A DNA stretch of 64,000 bases, from the NCBI GenBank assembly GCA_002269645.1, contig NIVC01001827.1:124001-188000 (forward strand). Direction: 5' to 3'. Made by a program: the position numbers and the translations under genes. Positions 1-10,400 of this stretch are shown here, piece after piece; position 1 is the stretch's first letter; every line of letters begins with the position of its first letter. This DNA is from Macrostomum lignano. Lineage: Eukaryota. A model generated the notes under the pieces. It saw only the letters and a list, made by a program, of their open reading frames with translations, was not told the DNA's origin and made no database searches.

Positions 1-235
1 ACACCCAGTCAAACCATTGAGTCTTATGGGAAGCTTTCCAAGAAGCGGTGATTTCAGCTAGTGTTCAGTAGTTAATGCGCATGTTTGTCAGTAGCTGAAA
101 AGAGTATTAAATTAACCTTTTTATTCAGCTGTGTCAGCGTAAGACTTGAAATGACTTTGTATGATCAGTGTAAGATTATAATCAGCAAGAGTGCGTTTTA
201 AATTAACAATAATTTTCTACTCATAAAATTACGAA

Positions 236-526
236 TGGTTTTTGGCTAGCGGTTAGAGCGCCGGACTCACGACTCAAAGGTCGGGGGTTCGATTCCTGAC
301 CCATTCGGAACAATTTGTGTCCTTGAGCAAGACACTTAACTCTGCATTGCTTCAGTTCACCCAGCTGTAAAATGGGTGCCAGCATTAGCTGGGGTAATTG
401 AGGCTGTGTGGTGACCCCCCAGTCCTTGGACTGAACAGCCGTACGCAGCCTTCAGATGCGCCTTGCAATAGCTGCGGCTGAGCTGTCGGTTGCACAGCTG
501 GCCATTAGGACAGGTGCAATCTATTA

Positions 527-581
<55 letters not shown>
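236..581 (+). mobile_element. tRNA-derived SINE with CORE-like central domain and (TAT)n tail
   Basis: Pol III A box TGGCTAGCGG (243-252) and B box GGTTCGATTCC (286-296). GTGTCCTTGAGCAAGACACTTAAC...CAGTTCACCCAGCTGTAAAATGGG (317-376) resembles the MIR/CORE consensus as I recall it. 3' (TAT)n tail 521-581. 5' start approximate; no TSD found. Confidence 0.8.
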
Positions 582-582
<1 letters not shown>

Positions 583-657
583 GTTTAAAGTGTAAAGTAT
601 ATGTTGTTCTATCATTGCATACGTATTGCATCTTTGACTATATTAATTAACTGCCAG

Positions 658-943
658 GTACGGCCTGAGCTACTCCGATCACTCCTATTGCAAGCACCAC
701 GCCTCAGGCGGCTGGCAGCGTCAGTCGCCTCAACCAGTTAGCCAGCTCGTATCGCCAGTCAGCTCCGCTGCTGCCGTTGCTGCCGCTTTGTCAGCCGCCG
801 CGTCGGTGTCGGCCTCAGTTGCTCAGCCATTTAGCCAGCAGCAGCAGCTGATCCAGCAGCACCAGCAGCAGCAGGCATTCTACACGCTGAACGATGACAC
901 GGACAATTTGAAGGTTACCTGGCCTGAGGAGGCGGCCGCTTAA
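658..943 (+). CDS. 3'-terminal coding exon of an unidentified gene starting upstream of the window
   Basis: Acceptor ...taactgccag|G at 657/658, then an open GC-rich frame YGLSYSDHSYCKHH...QQQQAFYTLNDDTDNLKVTWPEEAAA* with TAA at 941-943. Ala/Gln-rich composition like other exons here. Not in the ORF track. Confidence 0.6.
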
Positions 944-1094
944 GTTGTCTGCTTTGTTCGTTTTTTAATTTAACCTTGTTTTTGTAGAGTTCAGCTTGTA
1001 CAGCACTGCGATTCTGTGTATGCGTGATGCGTTTTGCGTATTCTTGTTGTGTATAATGCGTTAGTTTAGCACATTTTGGGTCAAGTTAATTATT

Positions 1095-2630
1095 GATTGG
1101 TTGATTGATTGACGGCTGATTAATTGATTGATAGATTCACAACTTATTGATTGATTGATTCACAACTGACTGATTGATTGATTGATTCACAACTGACTGA
1201 TTGATTGATTGATTCACAACTGATTGATTGATTGATTGATTCACAACTGATTGATTGATTCACAACTGATTGATTGATTCACAACTGATTGATTGATTCA
1301 CAACTGACTGATTGATTGATTCACAACTGATTGATTGATTCACAACTGATTGATTGATTGATTCACAACTGACTGATTGATTGATTGATTCACAACTGAC
1401 TGATTGATTGATTGATTCACAACTGACTGATTGATTGATTGATTCACAACTGATTGATTGATTCACAACTGACTGATTGATTGATTCACAACTGACTGAT
1501 TGATTGATTCACAACTGACTGATTGATTGATTGATTCACAACTGATTGATTGATTCACAACTGACTGATTGATTGATTCACAACTGACTGATTGATTGAT
1601 TCACAACTGACTGATTGATTGATTGATTCACAACTGATTAATTGATTCACGACTGATTGATTGATTCACAACTGATTGATTGATTCACAACTGACTGACT
1701 GATTGATTGATTCACAACTGATTGATTGATTCACAACTGACTGACTGATTGATTGATTCACAACTGACTGACTGATTGATTGATTCACAACTGATTGATT
1801 GATTCACAACTGACTGACTGATTGATTGATTCACAACTGATTGATTGATTCATAACTGACTGATTGACTGATTCACAACTGACTGATTGATTCACAACTG
1901 ATTGATTGATTGATTCACAACTGACTGATTGATTGATTGATTCACAACTGACTGATTGATTGATTGATTCACAACTGATTGATTGATTCACAACTGATTG
2001 ATTGATTCACAACTGATTGATTGATTCACAACTGACTGATTGATTGATTCACAACTGATTGATTGATTCACAACTGATTGATTGATTGATTCACAACTGA
2101 CTGATTGATTGATTGATTCACAACTGACTGATTGATTGATTGATTCACAACTGACTGATTGATTGATTGATTCACAACTGATTGATTGATTCACAACTGA
2201 CTGATTGATTGATTCACAACTGACTGATTGATTGATTCACAACTGACTGATTGATTGATTGATTCACAACTGATTGATTGATTCACAACTGACTGATTGA
2301 TTGATTCACAACTGACTGATTGATTGATTCACAACTGACTGATTGATTGATTGATTCACAACTGATTAATTGATTCACGACTGATTGATTGATTCACAAC
2401 TGATTGATTGATTCACAACTGACTGACTGATTGATTGATTCACAACTGATTGATTGATTCACAACTGACTGACTGATTGATTGATTCACAACTGACTGAC
2501 TGATTGATTGATTCACAACTGATTGATTGATTCACAACTGACTGACTGATTGATTGATTCACAACTGATTGATTGATTCATAACTGACTGATTGACTGAT
2601 TCACAACTGACTGATTGATTAATTCACAAA
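1095..2630. repeat. Compound satellite of (GATT)n/(GACT)n blocks punctuated by CACAACT
   Basis: Directly visible tandem array, unit about 19-27 bp. The NQSISCES ORFs are artefacts of it. Confidence 0.95.
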
Positions 2631-4345
2631 AGGTAAAAATGATTTGGGATTAGTATTTGCAGTCAGAAGTTAATGCTGCGTGCAATATACCAGTAACTCT
2701 CAGCTGCAGGCAATTGAGCAATTATTAAATGTATGATGAAGTCTGCTATTGTGTTTCTGTCACAGGCTGTCAGTTCTGAAATTTGGCCAGCCTGTGTTTC
2801 ATTTATATTGAACATTTGCTCGCCTCATCCCAATTCCTCTGCAGCTATATGCATACATGCTACTTACTAGTAGCTGTACTAGTAGTATATGTAGCGCTAA
2901 ATTGCCTGGTGTTTCGTGGCAATTTTTTGCTTGTTATTTTTATTGTTAATTTGGCATGTTGAAGAATTGATAAAATATCGAAATCTGATTACTTATTTCA
3001 TCAGTAGCATCGTCAGTTAATTATTAAAAAAATTTTCTTAGAAACAAACCGGAATGCCGAATTGCTGTTTTTGTATGTAGCAATATTGTTTGAACTGAAA
3101 TTTGGAATAAATCATTATTTATTTTTGTTATCGATTGGTAACAACCTTGCCTACATGTATTGGCTTCAACTGTATTATGCATTAGCCAGCCCCTTTGACT
3201 TCGTATCCTAGGCAACAGCAATCTCTGGTTTTGTGTGTATCACTATATGCTCCATTTGCATAATTTTTTTTATTGTTTAATCCCGTTTGTACAGCATCTC
3301 ACTCATCATCTTGTGTACAGGTGTAGCAAGTTTTTGTTTGAAAGCATATTTTTAACAGAACCATTTTTTACAGGTTTCACTGGTCCTGTCTCTGTACAGT
3401 AGTATATAAGTAATCTTATTGTGCACCCCCCATAGCCCACTGTTTGGTTGCACTGCTCTGCATGATTCTCTCCGCTATATACGAACTTCATCAAGTCTGT
3501 CTACACGTGTCCCGCTTATATAGCAACTTATAACCTTAGTAATATTTTTATATTAAGAAATCGAAATTTCAAATATATACCATTTTTTCTCCTATTTAAG
3601 TGTGCACCAGTTGCTTTGCTGCTATCTCGACTGACAAAATTAGTCATTTATAATTGACAAATTATTAATGTTTCATTTACCTTTAAATTGTATTAACTGA
3701 CGACATATGAAGGTCAACACTCAAAGCACAGAAAGTTGTACAACTGCACATGCCTGACGATTAGACAGTCAGGGCTGCTGTACACCTTGTGTGAGCGTGT
3801 GTGTGAGTGCGTGACTGCGTACAGTAAGTGCTCAGGAGCCAGATTTGCCTCACTGCTGGTAATGCGCCTCAAGGATGCTTATTGCACCCTTGCAAATATC
3901 GCGGAAACCGCTACTCAAATATTACGAACTGGTCACTAGAAGTAGTATCTACTGCAGCCTCTGCAGCATTCCAACTGAAACTGTTCTGTCCTTAGCATGC
4001 TAAGTTTTGCAGTCAAAGCAAATCTGTTACTAAGCAGATAAGCGCCACTAGCTGGTCTTGCGCAGTGTTAGCTCTGGCTCTCTCTCTCCCTCTCTCTCTT
4101 AGCACTTGGTTTGGAGCGCACTGGCTTTATCCAACACGATTAAGAAACTCGGAAGCTATTCCGCCTGAGCATGTCAGGCTTGAGCTTGTTTATGCGAGCC
4201 GAGCCCGCCCCGCCAGGCACACGGATCCAATCTTATCAATTCTTGCTGTGCGAGAGGCCGCCCGCCAGTCGCAGGACTAAAAAAGCCGAGCTAAAAATGC
4301 TTAAAGCCCATGAATTCGGCAAATCTTCGCCCTTTTTGGTTCGGG

Positions 4346-4450
4346 CGTTGCCACCAGCTCCAAGCGATCGAGACTCTCAGAGCCCGCAGCTGAAGTCGCT
4401 GCCGCCAGCTCCAAGCGATCGAGACTCTCAGAGCCCGCAGCTGAAGTCGC
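4346..4450 (+). repeat. 51-bp tandem repeat upstream of the start codon (2 copies; about 2.5 copies in the paralog at about 59560-59700)
   Basis: GCCGCCAGCTCCAAGCGATCGAGACTCTCAGAGCCCGCAGCTGAAGTCGCT occurs twice; the same unit lies upstream of the minus-strand paralog. Confidence 0.9.
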
Positions 4451-4459
4451 TATTCAGCT

Positions 4460-7400
4460 ATGCCGCAATTGGTGAACCCAGCCGCCATTGCCGCACTCGC
4501 CGTCGTCGCCCTGACGCTGACGGCGGCCAGAGGGCAGCCGCAGCCGGTCGGAGAGGCCAATGTGACCATCGGAAGCTGCTCGATCGTCGGCTCCGAGTTC
4601 AATCTGACGATGCCCGACGGTCTCGGCAGCCGTCTGCTCCGCTTCCTGCGGGTGCCGTACGCCGAGCCGCCGGTCGGCGACAGGCGGTTCGCCAAGCCGC
4701 AGCCGTTCAACTTCAGTCGCTCCGACTGCCGGCTGACCGGCGAGGAGGCCGCTGACCCCGAGGAGAACTTGCTCCGCCTCAGCATTCGAACTCCCGACCT
4801 TGCCCCCGCTGATCCGCTGCCCGTCCTGGCGCTGCTGCTCGACGGCTCCTCCGACTTCAATGACAGCCTCGGTCACGAAGTCGGCGACGCTATCGGCACA
4901 AATGTCGTCATGGCAACCATCGGCAGTCGATTCGGCGTCCTTGGCAACGTGCCGGCAGGACAGAACAACGGCCTTGAGGATCAGCGCCTGGCGCTGGAGT
5001 TCCTGCGCGACCAGCTGCACCGATTCGGCGGCGACCCGGCGCGAGTGACGCTGGCCGGCCACGGCGCCGCCGCTGCCGCTGTCGGCCTGCACGCGGTTGG
5101 AAGCGGCGGATTCTCGCGCGTCGTCATGATGAGCGGCTCCATCGCCGCGCCGCTGGGCTGGTCGGCCTCCGCCGAAGTGGCCGCCGCCCTGGACCGCCAG
5201 CTGGCCGCCAGCCTGAGCTGCGGCATCGGAGATGAAGGCCGCCTGCCGCTCGACTGCCTGCGGAGCAAGCCGCTGAAGGACCTGCTGGATGCTGAGTCGC
5301 TGCTCCGGCGGGACTACGGCGACGGCGCTGGTCGGTTCGCGCCGTCCTTCAACGCCTCCTCGCTGCCGGACGCGCTTTGGCGCTCTGGCGCCTTCAACGG
5401 CTCCCTGATGGTCGGCGTCGGAACTGGCGTCGGCCCGGCGCTGGCGGAGCTGGCGCTTCGCGTGCAGGGCGCCGACTGGGGCGCGCTCGACCAGACGGCA
5501 TTTGAGACCGTGAGTGGCGCGCTGCTCTGAGCTGGGGCTGAGCTGAGCTCCCTGATCCCTTCATGCAGTGCCGTTCCAGCCATGCAGCTGCCTGACCCAC
5601 CTGGCCACTTTAGCTGTCACTCACCTAACCCACCTGGCCACTGCAGCTGTCACTTACCTGACCCACCTGGCCACTGCAGCTGTCACTCACCTGACCCACC
5701 TGGCCACTGCAGCTGTCATTCACCTGACCCACCTGGCCACTGTAGCTGTCACTCACCTGACCCACCTGGCCACTGCAGCTGTCACTCACCTGACCCACCT
5801 GGCCACTTTGCAGCTGTCACTCACCTGACCCACCTGGCCACTGCAGCTGCCACTCACCTGACCCACCTGGCCACTTTGCAGCTGCCACTCACCTGACCCA
5901 CCTGGCCACTTTGCAGCTGTCGCTCACCTGACCCACCTGGCCACTTTGCAGCTGTCACTCACCTGACCCACCTGGCCACTTTGCAGCTGTCACTCACCTG
6001 ACCCCCCTGGCCACTTTGCAGCTGTCACTCACCTGACCCACCTGGCCACTTTGCAGCTGCTAATCACCTGACCCACCTGGCCACTTTGCAGCTGCCACTC
6101 ACCTGACCCACCTGGCCACTTTGCAGATCCTGGACCGCGAGTTCGGCCAGTTTCCCCGCCTCCACTCGGCCGGCCGAAACGCCTCGGTCAGCGGGCGCCG
6201 CTACCTCCGGCTGACTCTGTCCGACTGGCCGCACTTCGCCTACGGCGGCCGCGTCCGCCAAATTTTGGCCCGCGCGCTGTCCGACTTTGGCGCCGTCTGT
6301 CCGGTTTGGGAGGCCGCCAACGACATGATTGGCTCAGGCCGGGTGTTCGTCTACCTGCACGATGAGGACGGAGATCCCGCAGCTACACTGTCGGTGGCGA
6401 ATGACGCGAAGGTGCTGCTGGGAGAGCCGCTGGTGCGAGCGAACTACTCAGCTGAGCACAGGAGCCTGTCCAGAATCATGATGCAGCACCTGGTCGATTT
6501 TACTGCTAGTGGAGGTGAGTTCTTCAGGCAGCTGTGTGATTGAAATGCCTGCTCAGAGTTGCTGCTTCAAATGCCTGGTCAGAGTTGCTGCTTCAAATGC
6601 CTGGTCAGAGCTGCTGCTTCAAATGCCTGCTCAGAGTTTCTGCTTCAAATGCCTGCTCAGAGTTTCTGCTTCAAATGCCTGCTCAGAGTTTCTGCTTCAA
6701 ATGCCTGCTCAGAGTTGCTGCTTCAAATGCCTGCTCAGAGTTGCTGCTACAAGAGCCGCTTTCATTGCCTCTTTCAGCTCCCAGTCCCGGCTGGCCCTCC
6801 AGCAGCGCCGGCGCCTTTGATTTCCTGCGCTTCGGCGCCAAAACCGGCGTCAATTCGACAAGCGGCGGCTTCGCCTTCGAGCCCGGCCGCTGTCCGCTCT
6901 GGTCGGCCGAGATGTCGCTGGCCAGCAACCTGTCCGCCTCGCCGCCTCCTCCGCAGCCGCCGCCGCCGCCTCCGCCAGCGCGAATCTCGCCAGGAGGTGC
7001 GCAGCCGTTCTCGAACACGGTGCTGCGGAACTACACCGTGAATATTCTCGGGCTGGGCAGGATGGTCGGCCAGACAATCCGCACCCCCGCTGGCAAAGTG
7101 ATGACGCAGTTTCTCGGCCTGCCCTACGCCAAGCCTCCCATCGGAGGGAAGCGCTTTGCTGTTCCGGAGCCGGCGGATGCGTTCGGTGAGCTGCCGCTAC
7201 CAGCCTCGAGTTCCGCATTGAGTCCCGCATTGAGTCACGTATTGAGTCCCGTATTGAGTCCCGCATTGAGTCCCGTATTGAGTCCCGTATTGAGTCCCGC
7301 ATTGAGTCCCGTATTGAGTCCCGTATTGAGTCCCGTATTGAGTCTTGGATTGAGTCCCGTATTGAGTCCCGCATTGAGTCCCGCATTGAGTCCCGTATTG

Positions 7401-10400
7401 AGTCCCGCATTGAGTCCCGCATTGAGTCACGCATTGAGTCCCGGATTGAGTCCCGGATTCCTGCATTGAGTCCCGCATTGAATCCCGCATTGAGTCCCGT
7501 ATTGAGTCCCGTATTGAGTCACGCATTGAGTCCCGCATTGAGTCCCGTATTGAGTCCCGTATTGAGTCCCGCATTGAGTCCCGCATTGAGTCCCGTATTG
7601 AGTCCCGCATTGAGTCCCGCATTGAGTCCCGTATTGAGTCCCGCATTGAGTCACGCATTGAGTCTCGGATTGAGTCCTGAATTCCCGCATTGAGTCCCGC
7701 ATTGAGTCCCGCATTGAGTCCCACATTGAGTCCTGCCCTAGCAACTCAGCGTTGATCCACGACCGACTTCCTTTTACCCTGCAGGCGAGGACTTCCTAGC
7801 GATAAGCCCGAAGCCCGCGTGTCCGCAGCCGGGGCCGCTCGCGACCTCCGAGGACTGCCTCTACCTGAACTTGTGGACACCCATGCACTCGGACCGGGAC
7901 GTCAATAACCTCCCCGTCTTGGTGTTCCTTCACGGCGGCTTCTTTCAGACTGGCGACGCCTTCGATGAGCGCTGGCGGGGCAGCCACGTGCTGGACCAGG
8001 TGGATGCGATGGTGGTGACGGTCGCCTACAGACTGGGTGAGTGGGTGAGGAGAGGGAGACGAGAGGGTGAGGAGAGGGTGGGGAGAGGGTGAGGAGTGGG
8101 TGAGGAGAGGGTGGAGTGGGTGAAGAGAGGGTGAGGAGAGGGTGGAGTGGGTGAAGAGAGGGTGAGGAGAGGGTGGAGTGGGTGAGGAGAGGGTGAAGAG
8201 AGGGTGAAGAGAGGGTGAGGAGAGGGTGGAGTGGGTGAGGAGAGGGTGAGGAGAGGATGAGGAGTGGATGAGGAGAGGGTGAGGAGAGGGTGAGGAGAGG
8301 GTGAGGAGAGGATGAGGAGTGGATGAGGAGAGGGTGAGGAGAGGGTGAGGAGAGTGTGAAGAGAGACTGAGAAGATGGTAAGTGAGGAGAGGGTTCTCAG
8401 GCCTTTGGTGGGCTGCAGCAGCAATGGAAGGTGATGGGATCTGAGGTGCTCCGGGCTGCAGTAGCAAAGGGGATCTTCCAGCTTCAGTCGCAATGCCTGC
8501 TGATTCCCAGGTGCTCTGGGCTTCCTGTGGCTGCAAAACGCCTCGGTGCCCGCAAACCTTGGCCTCCGAGACCAGGCGCTGGCCCTCCAGTGGGTGCGCT
8601 ACAACGTGCGCTTTTTTGGCGGCAGCCCCAGCAAAATCAGCCTGGTGGGCGCGGAGGCCGGCGCTGCCTCCGTCGGCTTCCACCTGCTGACGGAGCCGCG
8701 GCAGTTCCAGCGCGCCGTCCTTCTGTCGGGCTCGCCGAACTCCCCCTTCGCGGTGTCGCCAATGCCAGACGAAGTGCGGGCGATGCACGAAAATTTTACA
8801 GGTGAGACACCTGCAGATGCCCGTTTGCTTGCAGTTTAGGAGTACTTTGAGTACTGTGCTTGTGCTCAGCACAGTCCGCGCAAGTATTATCTGCCAGACT
8901 GCACAGGTGTCAGCTCATCCTCCCCTCCGACTCCTCAGCCAGCTACCTGAACTGCAGCCAGTCGGCCCCCGCTGAGCTGCTGGACTGCCTGCGCAACCTC
9001 ACCTCCTCGGAAATCGTCAGCGCGGCCGCAGACTTCCAGCGCGACGTCGCCGGCCTCCAGGCGCCCTTCGTCGCCTTCGGACCCGCCCTGGACGCCGACT
9101 TCCTGAAGTCCGACCCGTGGTCGGTGGACGCCTTGCCGCCGGTTCCGCTGCTGCTGGGCGGCGTGGACTTCCCCGGCAACACGCTGGTGCGGCTGCTGCT
9201 GCCCGATGGCCTGAACGTGACGCGAGACCGCGTGCTGGAGGTGAGGTGCACAGCACCTGGGCCAGTCACTGCTGAGTCCCGCACTCCTCTCACCTCCTAC
9301 AGCACCTGGCCCAGCCACTGCTGAGTCCCGCACTCCTCTCACCTCCCACAGCACCTGGGCCAGTCACTGCTGAGTCCCGCACTCCTCTCACCTCCTACAG
9401 CACCTGGGCCAGTCACTGCTGAGTCCCGCACTCCTCTCACCTCCTACAGCACCTGGGCCAGTCACTGCTGAGTCCCGCACTCCTCTCACCTCCTACAGCA
9501 CCTGGGCCAGTCACTGCTGAGTCCCGCACTCCTCTCACCACCCACAGCACCTGGCCCAGTCACTGCTGAGTCCCGCACTCCTCTCACCTCCCACAGCACC
9601 TGGGCCAGTCACTGCTGAGTCCCGCACTCCTCTCATCTCCCACAGCACCTGGCCCAGTCACTGCTGAGTCCCGCACTTCTCTCACCTCCCACAGCACCTG
9701 GGCCAGTCACTGCTGAGTCCCGCACTTCTCTCACCTCCCACAGCACCTGGGCAGTCACTTCTCTCACCACCCACAGCACCTGGGCAGTCACTCCTCTCAC
9801 CTCCCACAGCACCTGGGCCAGTCACTCCTCTCACCTCCCACAGCACCTGGCCCAGTCACTCCTCTCACCACCCACAGCACCTGGGCCAGTCACTCCTCTC
9901 ACCTTCCACAGCACCTGGGCCAGTCACTCCTCTCACCTCCCACAGCACCTGGGCCAGTCACTCCTCTCACCTTCCACAGCACCTGGGCCAGTCACTCCTC
10001 TCACCTTCCACAGCACCTGGGCCAGTCACTCATCTCACCACCCACAGCACCTGGGCCAGTCACTGCGCCACTTCCCCCGCTTCGGCGAGTCGCTGTCCTC
10101 GGTCGGACTGGAAGCCGCGAGTCGCCGCTTCGCCGAATTCCCCAGCTCGACCGCTGACGCCGGCGTCGGGGACGTCAAGGAGGCCCAGCTGCTGTCGCGG
10201 GCGCTGGGCGATCGGCACTTTACCTGTCCTACCTGGAGCTTCATGGCCAAAGCGGCTGCTTTGAGCACTGCTCAGGTTTTCGGCTTCCTGCTCGCCGAGC
10301 CGGCCGAGGAAATCGGGGATCGGCTGGTCGGCGCCAGCCTCTGTGAGCAGGCGGGGCTGAGGGGAGCGGGGAAGCCAGGCAGGTGGGATGAGCTCGCTCA

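Noticed and set aside
4454-5092. Antisense and alternative-frame ORFs over GC-rich exons (also 51734-52420, 51883-52650, 58908-59753, 62998-63774, 14163-14843)
   Set aside because: Shadow ORFs of real coding sequence in GC-rich DNA, with no recognisable motifs.
6515-7784. The 309-aa ORF 6540-7469 and the SPALSPVL / TQCGTQYG repeat peptides as proteins
   Set aside because: Only 6778-7185 is exon; the rest is intronic minisatellite bounded by canonical GT/AG.
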